In this document: positions 1 through 12,794 of the stretch, one piece after another
Position numbering within the stretch: the stretch's first letter is position 1
Layout of the letters: each line of letters starts with the position of its first letter
Assembly: GCA_002269645.1 (NCBI GenBank)
Contig: NIVC01003637.1
Span: 1 to 64,000 of the forward strand
Source: Macrostomum lignano
Taxonomy: Eukaryota
DNA: 64,000 nucleotides
Direction of reading: 5' to 3'
Translations under genes and position numbers: made by a program
Notes under the pieces: model-generated
Told to the model about the DNA's origin: nothing
The model's input: only the letters and a program-made list of their open reading frames with translations
Databases searched by the model: none

Positions 1-394
1 CTTTCTAATCTAGAAAAGACAAATGTGAAACATGCAGCCAATATTTTAGTGAGTCCAGAGTAGAAGCAGCAAAATTCTACAGCAGCAACGGGTCGCATCA
101 ACTTTCTGGAGCTGATAATTAGCAATCTGGAAAAAATCTGGATAATCTGGAACATAAAGACCTGCCACACGCGCAAGGCAAAAGAGAAGCGACTTTCCTG
201 AGGCTGCTCCGCTGCATGGTTCCCAAATGACAGCAGGATAAAAGATTTCCGGTGTTGCGAGCTTCTTTCACAGGTGGGAGGAATCCAAACTTGCTGGCTT
301 TGACAGCACCAAAATTCATGGTTGTAAGATCTTGTTGCCATGCTCTAGCAGACCTGACAAAGCACTAGCTGGAAACAACAAATGTACATGTACC

Positions 395-500
395 TCCCAT
401 CTTAGAAGATCCTGCAAGAACTGAGCAGATTGAGAAGATGTGCTAAGAATGGCAAAGCAGACAAGATCTGCTAAGTTTTAGAAACAGAATGTCCTCTAGG
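395..500 (+). repeat. Dispersed repeat; a second copy (reverse orientation) is split by the foldback element at ~12764-12794 / 19546-19632
   Basis: ctcccatcttagaagatcctgcaagaactgagcagattgagaagatgtgctaagaatg...gacaagatctgctaagttttagaaacagaatgt matches the reverse complement of 19558-19632 and of ~12764-12786. Confidence 0.75.
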
Positions 501-1494
501 GCGGGAAGAGGAAATTTATGACGAAATTGACATCATTTGGGGCCTTATGTGGCCCATTTGTCGCGGAAATGGCTGGCACGCTAAACTGGTGCTGTTGAGA
601 TGCATGTGCTTTGGTCGCTTTTCAGACGGCCGCGTCCTTAAGGCCCAGTGACGGCCGGAATCCACCCCTCCTGGAGATGGCCAGCCTCCCAGGGGAGTCC
701 CAGTACGCAATGGCCAGGAAGTAGCGCCAAGACTGTTCGAGGTCGAGGCCGTCCTCGTCCCTGTTGTAGGGCTGCTCGCCCACTGTCCGCCGATTTTTAC
801 CAATTGTACGCGGCCTCTCTGCGCTTCCTCGGCGCTTGGTGCAATCATATCCTGGCCGGTGACAGGCCCGACGCGGTGGCCCTTAGTACACCGCCTTCAG
901 GAGCCTCGGGTTCAAGCCAGGTTGCCGCCGTTGGTTCCTTGGGTCGTTGACATTTTAACTCGCAGGGTAAAAAGGACAACAAAATAAATAATGGAAGAAT
1001 TAATGGCATAGGAAGTAACAACAGTCAGCGAGATTACAGTACCAAGGATGGAGATTTATAAGAGTCCATGCAGTGGTTACGTTTCGTTTTTTATACTCCT
1101 CCGGCTGTCCATCCAATGTCCGACAAATAGGTCCAATCCCTGACGGTGACGGAATGAAGAGTGTTCCCACAGTGGACGCAGCCCATATCAAATACGAGCT
1201 ATGAAATCGATAAGAAGTGATTGTTTAATGTACAAAGACCTATTTTTATATGCACATTCAGGAGGTTGAAACATGCTGTATAATTTTATTCACATGGACT
1301 GTTGGGGAATGGGGATGAACGTTATAGTGCCCCTCAGCCCTTTTCTAGCCTTGCAAAAAGGACACACAAAGGACACTGCACAAGTGTACGGTCAGAAAGC
1401 CTATGCTCTTGAGAAAACCCCACTGCTTGAAAGTATAAGACCGCTTGTTCAGGGTTGTGATTCAAGAAAGATTCTTTCTCTGAGAATTGTAAGC

Positions 1495-4288
1495 ATGGGC
1501 TACAAATATGCTGCAATCAACTGCCATTCTGGCTATATACATCGAAAAAACTTCACATAGAATCCTGAACCGGACAGCAAAATTTCATTTTTCGAATTTC
1601 CTTTACACGATCCACTGCTTCTCTTAGAATGGCTGCGGTGTATTCGCAGAGAAAATTACAGCGCTACAAAACAATCGAGACTGCGTGCTCCTCGCACTTT
1701 AAGGACGATGACTTCATCGTCACGTCCCAGGACATCAATCCTCGTCGCAAGCGCAAGAGAGATGGTGAAGTTCTAGTTAAACGTCTACTATCAGATAAAA
1801 AGTAACTCTGTTCCGACTGTATTTTCTCAACTTCCTGAACGACTGCAGCCGTAAGCTACCCAATGTCGAACGGAGAGAACAACGGCAGAGAGGAGGCACC
1901 AACCATAACGAGCAAGACCGAATGAAAAGTGCAGCTGCGGAGTTCCTCAGCCAGGATGAAATTGCCTCGCTTGCCGACATCAAAGTGCAGCTTGAGTGCA
2001 ACCTGATGCCCGCCGACTTTGTTGTTGTGGCAAAAACAGCCAGCATTACATTTCTTCTTGTTTGTGTAGACAGTGGTGATGTCCCTGAGATACTCTGCTC
2101 TCTGCAAATTCGCGACGACGACTTGACCGTTTCTGCAGGCGTCAAAGGACTGCCTGTGCAGCAAGAGATTGGTTCAATTTTTGGACAACGGTCAAGTTCG
2201 GCCATTTTCGCAAATTCAAAATCTGCCTGCCCAAATTAAAGCTTGGACGACTTCGGATACAACCGATCGAGTTGAAGACAATAATTTAATTGAGGACGCA
2301 ATTGATTGGCTTAACAAATGGACAGAAGTGTGCGAGGACACCTCCGAGCCGCTTCATCAACGGATTCAATTTCTTATCGAACAACTGGCAAAGCTGTCTT
2401 ACGTCAAGAAGCCTTCATTGCGGTACTCTCCTTCCTGATTTGATCGTCTTCGCTATGATTCTCAAGTCCACAAGCACGGCATGCTATCAGTTGTTGTTGG
2501 ACCAAGAGGTGCTGATTCTACCATCGGTGCAGCGACTAACAGCAATTGCCAATCCGCTTTCAGTTACTGCCGGTGTTTCCGATGAACAAATGATGATGCT
2601 CAGCGCAGCGTACCTTCATCTTAGAACTCAAGATCTCTCGATCATGGAATCCAACGTAAATTAAATTATTGGTGAAAGTCATCTGAACAGAAGAATTGAA
2701 TATTCTGCCGGAAATATCGTCGGCATGCAGGAGAGTACCACAGCGTCAACTGTGCTCTGCATCATGGTGAAGCCGATTGCTGGCAAGTTCCGTGACGTTG
2801 TTGCGCTCTTTTCTCTGAGCAAGCTGACAGCAGATATTCTGTATGCGCATTACCAGAGCGTCATGCATGGAAATGCTCAGCGCACCAATCTCAACGTTGT
2901 CACTGTCCTAGTCGACAACCATTCGGCTAATCAAGCTTTTTACATCCACAAGCTTTGTGGCGGCATTCTCCGAACGTGGATTACTCATCCTTACGACGTG
3001 GACAAGAAGATATTTCTGCTATTCGATCCAACTCACACAATTAAAAACAACTATAACAACTTTCTAAAAAGGAAAAGTCTTGAGCCTCCCCTCCTGGAGA
3101 GCCAGTTCTTTGTCTCTCCAGGGACCATGGCGACATCATTTTAGCTGAATTCGCGAGTATCCGAGAGCTGTTCGGATGGGAAAAGGAAAAGCCACTAAAG
3201 CTGGCACCAAAGCTTATTAACTCAAGCGTCATGGATCCGAAGACTATCCAGAAGACCTCAACAAAACTTTCACTAGCCGTATTTTCGGGGTCTACTGCTA
3301 GCGCATTGCTGTACTATACCAGACACCAGGGTCAGCAGTGAAACGACACTGCAACTTTCGATATGGCGGTCACGCAGCTCTGGCAGGTGTTGAATGTAAA
3401 AACGACAATCGGCAAGCACAAGAGGAATTGCAGCAGAGATCCCACTACGTCGGACACCGATTGGAAGCTAAAATATTTGTCTGGCGTCGCAGACTAAGCC
3501 ACACTCTCTCTGCTTTGGTTAAGGTGTCTCTGTACTGCTGTCCAATCTGATGTTTCAGTATGTCCTCCTTGGAGCGCTGCAATCGGATCCACTAGAAGGA
3601 CTATTTGGGTGGTATCGGCACCGCAAAGGATTTGAACTACTATGTGGTCCTGCAAGGACGTTATGGATGCTCAGAAAGCTATCCGATCAGTAGCTCGTAT
3701 CATTACTGCAGTTCAGCGGTGTCCGGCCACTGGCCATTCGAGCCCTGTCCGCCGACGCAAGCGTTGAGAGCCGGGCGATGGAGGCTGAAGAGATTGCCAG
3801 TCAGCTGATCCTGGGTGAACCAATTGAAGATGCAGATGCTAATGTTGTCTACTACGTTGCAGGCAGGTAGGTTTGTTAGAGCCATCACTGTTCAAAGAAG
3901 TTGTACGTCATGTAATGAGCTGCTATTGTCTGTTCCAACGGATACAGCAATCGATGGATCGTCCACTTTTCTGCAACAACAAGTAAATCGTGGCGGGTTG
4001 ACTGAACCTTCAGAGCTTGCTTTTTCCTCCTGCAAGGCAGCCTTGGGGATCATCTCTCAGTTACAGACCTGCCAGCAGTTTCTGAATTCTTGGCATCAAC
4101 ATGTTGCATTATTTGAAACAATCAGTTCAGTGGTCTTGGAGCGCCTTCCATTAATTTACGCTTCCAAACACACTGCGAGTTCCAGCACCGAATTCTGCAG
4201 CCACTGTTCCGGAAGATGTTCAATGCTGCCGCAAAGAACTGGACCGACAGATGCCGCGTCAGGTCGAAAAGCAGCCAAGTTTAATTAA
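1495..4288 (+). pseudogene. Decayed THAP-domain P-element-type (THAP9-like) transposase with many frameshifts and stops
   Basis: Fragments: MGYKYAAINCHSGY...FPLHDPLLLLEWLRCIRRENYS...SHFKDDDF (THAP zinc finger); LVDNHSANQAFY...FDPTHTIKNNYNNF (P-transposase core); DPLEGLFGWYRH (catalytic E region, ~3590); RGGLTEPS near the C-terminus. Confidence 0.8.
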
Positions 4289-5440
4289 TGAACAATCAAG
4301 TAAACCGTGAGTTTTCCTATATGATTTTTTTACGCCGTTTTCTTTTGTTTTTGGATATAATTCTCAATTCAGAAAATTGAATGCTTTCAGTGAATACTGA
4401 GTTGTAATTTAGAATGCATATAAGACTGACATTTGGCTCTAATTACCGCAAAATCCGATAAAGCGTAACAATTTATGCGAAAATCAATTGAAAGAAACGT
4501 TTTTTAAATCGAATTCGCCATTCAGAATGATATAATTAGGCAATTCTATCTCGGCCCGGTTATGTACGCCTAGAAAAAAGCCTTCACTTCCAGTTTAATA
4601 CGCTCGTATCTAAAATTCTATGATCAGTCTTTATTTGGACAGAGATTTCTCTGCACTCTACCCTCTCAGCTTACTATACAACTGCAACCCCTTCTCTATC
4701 GTTCCTTCCTCTTTTTTCGAGTTGCTTTGCTTAAAGCCCCTAAAATAAAAATGTTATTCCTCTTTGCCCTCTCTTTCTCAAAAAGTTATCGGCCTGGGTT
4801 GGACCTGTCTGTAGGGGTCACGCCCGGAGGTGGGGTGGGGATAATGAAATCAAGAAGTAACAAAGGACACAGAAGCAAAAGGGCACTGGGAGTAGAACAG
4901 GACTATACCAATACCATAGACCTTCTGAGGGCAGAAAGAGGGTTTATGGTATAGCTATTCCCTCCCGCTTTGCTACCGGCGCTCGCTAGACAATCGTTGT
5001 CACGCACTGCGACCGCTGATTCTTTGCATTGTTTTTCTGTTTGACGATCCTACAGACAATGCATTGTTTGTAGTAATGGATTGTTCTGCATTAAAAATGT
5101 GAATAATGATCGTCAAATTGCTAAACAATGGCGGGCAGAAACGTCATTTCTCTGCCCAAGAGCATAAATTCATTAAACCCAGTGTGAAAGGGACGCGAGA
5201 CTCGTTTCTCGGCCCACTACATAAGAAATAGTCTATGGCCAAAAGTGAATTTAAGAATTAAAGGAAAGAGGCAACCTCTGTCCGTTTAAGTTTCGGTATT
5301 TCACTGCAGAGCTTGTCTGAAGCCAAATAACATCATGTGTCTACTCGATCTGAATTGTATTCAAGGTGGTGATATCAGTGGCCTGCTTCGCGAAGAGATG
5401 GACCTTTTAACTTTCTTTGCTGGCAAAAAAGGCAGACTAG

Positions 5441-6165
5441 TTGACCAAATGGACAGGACTACCTGTTCCTGGTGTTGGAAGCAGCTACGCTTTGGATCCT
5501 GAGTTGGACACTTTGCTGGAAGAGCTTGTTGATCTCGGAGCTGAACTAACGGCTGAGCACGAGTATCGTGAACTCAACGATACTGAGCTCGGTGGTATTC
5601 AGGATATGGAGAAGTCGGCTCGAACCCAGTCAACGGATGCAAAGACTAAACAGCACGTTGCTCTGCTGAAGCAGTTTTTGCGCTCCAATGGTCTACCCGA
5701 AAACATCGAAGACATGCCAGTGCGCTACCTGGTGCAATACCTGAGACTCTGGTTTGTTTCACTCAAGCGGAAGGATGGTAACGTCTATAGTGTCAACAGT
5801 CTGGTAGGATTTCGTGCCAGCATTCATCGCTATCTGAAACAGGAGCGGGACGTTGACATGATTGGGAATGAGCTGTTTAATGCTTTTGAGCGTACGTATA
5901 AGGCGATGCTAACTGCTTCTGTGAAAGCTGCACGTATTCTCGAAGAAGCGACTGGCTCCCGCCAGATTTAAGATTCCGACTTAAAGAAGCTTTCTTCGTA
6001 CTTCGACCGCAGTGATCCTATAATTTCTTTCTGATTGCTTGGCATTTTGGTTTTCGAGGCCGTGAGTGGGTTCGAGAGCTGGCCCCTGATGCCATCATTT
6101 TCGGCACCGATAGCGGTCGTGAATGCATCGCTCTCAAGATTGACCGGCAAAGAGAAAAATGCTGA
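5441..6165 (+). pseudogene. Crypton-like (DUF3504-type) tyrosine recombinase fragment
   Basis: STDAKTKQHVALLKQFL...YLRLWFVSLKRKDGNVYSVNSLVGFRASIHRYL, an in-frame stop, then DSDLKKLSSYFDRSDP and, after a shift, IAWHFGFRGREWVREL (catalytic Arg motif). Confidence 0.75.
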
Positions 6166-6629
6166 TAAAATATATCCGCTGCCTATGGTTCAGTTGTCTA
6201 CAAGCAAAAGATTGATGATTTCTATGAAATTTCTGCCCGGCAGAACGGGTGGGAATAAAAAATACTTTTAGCACGTTAAGCGAGTGCGGAGAAAGAAAAT
6301 AAGTAAATAAGTTTAGGATGCAATTCGCAATTTCGACAACAGTAACGCACCTAAAAACTGATAATTAATTACTCTAAAGCGCACTGTAAATTCGCGGTTA
6401 ATTACAGTGTACCTTAAATTTCGATCTCGCCTCCGATCTCAGTCAGATCTGGATCTCCTTCGGGCAGAATTTCCGGAAGTCTCAGGCTCGGCTCGAGCAG
6501 CTGGCTGCCTTGCAGGTCAGGCTAAGCTGCTGTCGGCTGTTCCGGAGCTGGCTGCTCGGCTGGTTCCAAATCGCTGTCTTCGGTAGACTCGTGGGGCAAC
6601 ATCCGCGCGGCCTCTCAGTAGGGCGCGGT

Positions 6630-6995
6630 GGTTCCTGCAGTCTCTCAGCCATCATCTGCGGCATCTTGATGATGTTGTTGCGATGTACGAGCATCTCTGC
6701 TGGGCGTCCTCACTGCGTTGTTGATGTCTTGATCCAGTACGCCACTTCTACTTTCTTGACGAACTAGTGCATGCTTTTTAGGGCCAATGGAACTTGGGCA
6801 GCTCTTGGGCAGAGCTTCAGGTTGGCTAAGCAGATGAGATCTCCTAGCTGCAGTTCCACTGGCTTTGGCCTATTCTCGTAGTATTCCTCTCGGCGCTGAA
6901 TCTCCGCATGTAGCCGCGTGTAGGTCGGCAGCTACATCCAGTCCCAGTCGGTCTAGGTTATTTCGATGGGATACCGATAGGGCACACCGTAGACT
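6630..6995 (-). pseudogene. Gypsy-type pol 3' remnant (integrase C-terminal region)
   Basis: Minus-strand pieces VVYGVPYRYP...YYENRPKPVELQLGDLICLAN...IGP*...VAYWIK...MLVHRNNIIK resemble the GPY/F-containing integrase tail; contains stops and shifts. Confidence 0.55.
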
Positions 6996-8268
6996 ACGTT
7001 AGTGCAGCGAGAACCCGGTAGTCCGGTTGACGCTTGATATTAGGGCTGTCAATAGAGCTGGCAGCATCTTTTCCCATTACTGATGGTTTTCTAGGAGACA
7101 GTTGAGAACTTTCTTGATAACTTTTATTGCACGACGTACTCGGCTTGTCTGCTAGCCCAAAGCGAGTATGGCGGTATTGTAGTCTTTCGGATGTCATAGA
7201 CTTCGCAGAAATGCCAAAACTCGTGTCCCGTGTGAACTGCATTGTTTTCCTTGATCAGAGTAGATCCTGGCCGAGATTCCAGTGATCGGGAACACTTGCT
7301 CCTACAGGAGAGTGATGATCGTCTTGGCCCGCTGATTCTTCATGGCGAAGGCGAAAGGGTACTTCAACGTGGTGTCGACAAGTCAGGATACAAACATAAC
7401 ATAATTTTACGCAAACATAATTTGAATTTTTCGCTGACCAAGAGACGAGACCGAACTTGGTTGGGGCCTGGAGAAGCCGTTGACGTTGATTCTTTTTACT
7501 GCTATATTTTGGCGTCAGGGTCTCCATCCAGCAATCCGAAGTTTCCGACGTTAGTCGACGTCCCGACATGTCTATCGACATCTAAATGTACATGTATGGC
7601 AGGACTTTTACTTTTCTTCGTCGATTTCTTCAACAGCCACCCACTGATACTTTGTCAATCAGTGATATTTTGCATTTTTAATTCTAACGTAGATAAAAAA
7701 TTGAGTATTTGTGTTGTGACGGCTTGAGTTCTTACATCGCTTTAGTGCTCCGTCGTTTTCAAGTCTTTGGTGAGAAATAATTGGCATTTAAATATTTTTT
7801 CTACTTAAGTTTATATCTCTGTACGTACTGGTTGACATGTCAATCAAAATAGTTTATCGATTTTTTTGTTTCAATTTTAATCTTTAAGTTTCTAAAAACG
7901 ACTATAAAAACGTTTTGAATTTCCCTCCAAGCTGCATGTTGTCCGGTTTGTCAACCGATCGTCTCTCTTGGCTTGTGCTGGCTCTATTTACCATACATGT
8001 AGTCACAATGCCTCTATATCCAGTACAACCATGGCATCGAAGGGACTTAATTAACACCACGAAGTGGCTGGCACCGAAATGTCTGGCCACCAAAAAAGTG
8101 TCTGCAGCACCAATTTGTCTGGCACTGAAGTGTCTGGTATTAATTAAAAAATTCACTCGCCAGACTCAATTCTGAGAGAAACACTTCGTGATCCCCGACA
8201 GCAATACGACGTCGGCGTTTGATCATTCAGCGGAGAGGATGTTCATTCAGATGGTCTTCCAATGTGGA

Positions 8269-11200
8269 TGTTGGCCGGTCTCGCGTGTGGGATTGGGCGT
8301 GCGCGCTTTTACTCCGTTCGTGATTTCAACTCCGTACGTGCGGGTGCTCATCACACTCTGCACGTCTCCTGCTCCATGATCATAGGTTTGACGGACATTG
8401 TACACCATTGGTGTTTTAGTCCCGTGGATTCGGATGGCTGCAATTGAATCTCACGTCTATAAGAAATTGTCTCGTAAGAAATCGTTGTTGTCAGTGCGCT
8501 TGGCACTTCGTCTCTCCTCGCATACTCTTTGCGATCTCGGCTTGCTCTTTTAACATTTTGGCATCGCGAACAGGATATCATATTGAATGTCCTTAGAGCT
8601 GCGGGACCCAACCCATCTGAGTTGCGAGCATGGATCAAAGTTTTTGATACCCAGGCGCTGGTCAAAAGGAGTGAAGGACACTGATCGCACTGATGACACA
8701 GCTGGAAATCTGGTGCCTTCCTTGGCTGTCTTGGTATGGCACAGCTCATCAGGCACCAGCTGGTTGCGCCCAAACCGCTCTCGCAGATGAAGTGGGCGGA
8801 AATCAAGAAGTGCCTCGTGCATTTTCTGGAACCCAAGAAGAGGCTGCTTGATTGCCGTGAGAGCAGCCTTCATTTCCATGCGCCAGTTAGAGGGTGGGAC
8901 GATTGCCGGCTTCGCTGCCCGACTTCAAGAGCAAGTGGTGTTCTGCGAATTCGAGAAGCTGAAGGGCGAGAATGTTGATCCAGCTGAGCAGCTAATCAAG
9001 ACCACTTTTATTTGTGGTTTCCCGCGCCCTCTTGTGCTAGCTTTTGACTGCCGCTAGTCGTAATAACTGCCAACTTAACGAGAAACTAGCACAGATCCCG
9101 CTACCCCACACTGCGAGCCCGGAAGGATATCCTGACGAGATGTGCACCCGTGGGAGCTGTCAAATCTGCACGGAGTGCTGAGTTCGCACGTCTCGTTTAT
9201 ATGCTCAACCGGGAGTCTCCCTCATCAAAGGCCAAGCCCCAAGCGAGTAGGTGGCAGCAGCAACTATATTGCCAAAGAATAGGCTTCCAAGAATCAGCAG
9301 GAAACCTAAGGTAGATTACTTAAGTGCTGAAACCAAGCGGGAAGTCCCTGTACTACAAAAGTCTTGGCAGAGTTCTTTGTGAGCCAGATCACTGAGTAAA
9401 TGTACATGTACGTACAGTACAGCAACTTCAGATGATGAGCAAATTTTCGGTGGAAGACGGTCTGGTGATCCACGGAACCAAAATTGTGCCGCCGGTTGTC
9501 TCCGCAGGCGCATCCTGGAGGTGGCACACGACAAGATTCACGACGACAACCACCAAGGCGCGCGCACATCTCCAAGGAGTTCTGGTGGGCTGGGTTTCTA
9601 TCGCGATGTCCGCAGCTTTGTGTGAAGCTGCCAGCAGTACTCAGAACTCTGAGGTGCTCAGGACTCCTACTCGGGGTGGCCTGAGGTGATCCAGGTGCCA
9701 GACTGAACTGCGGGTTTTAAGAGCGCGTTGTTCACCAGGAACGGAGTGCCTCCTCGGACGCTGGCTGGGATTTAATTCGGAGAAAGTGTCCCAATGGCTG
9801 CGCAGCATCGGGTGCCAGGAGCCGCACACTCCACCGTACCATCCGGCCTCGAACGGTCAGGCAAAAAGGCTGGTGAGGATCATCAAGGATGGACTCAAGG
9901 CGTGGACGAAGATAGTGCCGTTCAACCACTTCTTGCAGAAAGTGCTGCTGACGATGAGGACCAGCCGACCCAGTAAAAATCTTTGCCACTAGTTAACGAT
10001 GACTGAGCAGGTGGTCGACCCAATCTGGCTGAGGATGCTCGCCGGGGTTCCGGCCAATTTCGTGGTGCAGCACGGCCAGAACACGGCTCCGGTAGTCAGT
10101 GCTCTGGCCGGCCAAGAGCGTTTTGGTCGCTTTTGAGGGGGGCCGAACCTGAGGCGGATCGTTGCCCGATAGCAGTTTCCTACGCCATGCAGGGTCGAGC
10201 AGTCGATCACACTAGTCTTTATAGCAGCTGACGGGCTGGGGCGCTGGATTAAACTGGTACACAGCTAGTCACGGGTGACTCAGATACATGTAGCTCAGAA
10301 TCAGGGAGTTAACTCTTGTGACTTAACTCTTTGAATTTTTTGCTGTTGTTTGGTTGGTGTCTTAATTTTTTTTTTTTGCGAGGGCAGTATTGGGTCGCGT
10401 GTTAGGGGTTGGGCATTCGCTTTTACTCCGTAAGTTATACTGTATTTTTCGTCCTGATTTTAACTTCGTGCGTGTGCTCATTGTCTATTGCTCACGCTCT
10501 TTGCACGGGTCTCTGCTGTAACTTTATGTACATTTACATGTACAATGCAAGTTATGAGAGTACGTGTAATATTGGTGTTCATGATGGGTTTCGACCTTCG
10601 GGCTCCTTGTTAGGGAAGCCTTCGGGCCTCAGGCTCAGAAATAAATCAATTAGAGTCCTGGCCCCCCACTCCTGTCAGATGGTCAGCCCCATGGTAGCTT
10701 GATCGTGTGGCGAGCAGTCTAGGTCCTATAGCTAAGAGAGGGACAGCGAGAGACGAGCAGGGAGAATTTTGAAAGTAGAAATTAGCTAATCCGCAGATCA
10801 ACTAACTTGCTGCCACCAGCCCGTGCGCCCTGGCTCACCACACCGGGACTCTCGAAATCGGGCTTCCGACTAGAAGGGGCTTTGCACTTACCTGCCAACT
10901 AGTGTCTTTTTGCTGTCAATCTCGAAGTCATAGCCGATGATAAGGGACACTGCTGGGACTAGATCGCGTTGGCCATGCAGGTACAGAGGGGACTTGTGCA
11001 GGGGATTCTTGCGGTGGCGAGTCTATGGGGTAGCTACATGTACTATTACATTGCTAAATACGAAGATATGTACTTTTAGCCTTCAACGCGCCAACTAGCC
11101 ACTCATAGCGCTGATGATAGGCTAACTCGAACTTCAGAGACCGCATGATTCATTTACCCGAGCCGCTTGGCTACCCTAGAGTGCACAAAGTACATCTCTG

Positions 11201-12728
11201 GCGCCGATTCTGCACTTTTGGCAGTTTTGCTCACTGATTTGTTAGATTGGTCGACTGAGAACTGCCTTGCCATTGGTCCACTGTGACCGGCGCCTACTAG
11301 CTTAGCTACTCATCTGAGCCATCGGCGATCAAAGAAATAAAACCGATAAAAATAACTGTTAGATTTAACCTTCTCCTTAGTTCACTTCACACTTCAGATT
11401 GAATTGGAGTCTTAGACTACTAGCAGTATTATTGAATGATTCCTGCCTCAGCAACAGCACTATTGAACAAAATGAGCAAAAGTGTGCGCCTAATTCAGCT
11501 ACTGCAACAAGGGACAGAAAAGGGATCACCCAATCAAGCAAGTCTAGGTAGCCTCTCACCCAACCAATCAGAAACTCAACAGCCGGAGACCAGGCAATCC
11601 ACAGTGACCGAATCGGCTCGATGCTCTGCAGCTGTAGACTCGGGATGATGCTGTCACAATCTTCGCTGTTAGCTAGCAGGTGATGCTCTTAACTGGATGT
11701 TCGCTGCTGTCGACCGGGGGACTCGTCCTTGATGATGATGGGGGAAGTTGCAATCCGGGGATCAAGAAACGACGGTCGTGCTCCGGGAACCAGAAGTTGC
11801 GCGCTGGGCCCGAGCCAAAGTAAGAAGAAGTTGCGTCCGAGCGGGCCAAAAACTCCGGTTTAAATAGCCGCCAACTGGACCGCAGTTTGTTACAACGGAA
11901 CACGTCGATTCTGATTGGCTGAGCCGTTTTGTTAAAATGAGCGCCGAATTTTCTGATTGGCTAAGCTCGTTGCTACCCAGAATCACGTGACCGAGAGATC
12001 CTATCAGTTCCCACAGGGTCGTAAAAAGATGACAGGTGCGGCCATAAATCACTCAAAATCGCAACAAAATGATTTATGACTTTTCGCGTAGGATTGACAG
12101 AAATTAATGAAAAAATATACATTAGAAAGCTCTTATTAAATAGAAAGTGAAGATAATGAAGAGAAATCGCTAATCGCTAATCCCAAGGTACTTTTAGGGG
12201 TAAAACGCATAGCTGTCAAAGCTGTCACACGCTTGAGTGAATCCGAACAATAGGCTCTGACCTCATAAATCTTGATGGCCTGTCAAAATGATGAGAAAAA
12301 AGCTACCGCCCGCATCCTCTCAGACCATCTGGCGCCCGCTTCAACACTGAGTGAGGCGCAGGTGGCTGTCAGATCAGCTTCGAAAGCGATGATTTATGAC
12401 CCAAAAAGCTGCGCCTATGTTATTATGACTACTAGTATGGCCAGACATTATATCTGGTATAGATTCTATGAAAATTCGCAGAAAAAGGATAAAAATGCCC
12501 ACTGCCCACTGTTAGTAGGCAAGTAAGTTTAGAGCCCATGTGCAAGCGCGGGATTTGGGAAAAAGTGCGTCCTCATCATTCAGCCCTGGGTTAGGGTGGC
12601 TGCAATTATGAATCTCGCCTATAAATCGTCTCGCTTTTGTCAGTGCACTTGGCACAATTTTGTCTTTCATCACGTACGTCGCTTTGCCTACGATGTATAC
12701 TAATTCCTCGCCTCTGATCTACTGAACA
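8269..12728 (+). mobile_element. Internally deleted Gypsy LTR retrotransposon: 5' LTR ~8269-8555, gag fragments 8736-9057, integrase fragments 9432-9992, 3' LTR-like sequence split at ~10388-10500 and ~12597-12728
   Basis: TGT...ACA bounded segment followed by a PBS; gag-like IAGFAARLQEQVVFCEF; integrase SVEDGLVIHGTKIVPP, FWWAG and TPPYHPASNGQAKRLVRIIK; no RT seen; LTR halves recur downstream as diverged copies. Confidence 0.7.
8559..8576 (+). promoter_or_regulatory. Primer-binding site complementary to a tRNA-Ser-type 3' end
   Basis: TGGCATCGCGAACAGGAT lies 3 nt after the LTR end (taaca, 8551-8555); its complement ATCCTGTTCGCGATGCCA resembles metazoan tRNA-Ser 3' ends. Confidence 0.7.
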
Positions 12729-12794
12729 CTGTGATTTAATGGTTTTTTTAGGTGGCGACAACCCTTACATTCTGTTTCTCAAACTTGACAAGAC

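Noticed and set aside
1184-1200. Left TIR of the THAP/P element (CATATCAAATACGAGC)
   Set aside because: Only a partial match to the candidate right end, and the flanks show no TSD
6994-7727. ORFs of 82-161 aa
   Set aside because: No recognisable domain or splice pattern; left unassigned
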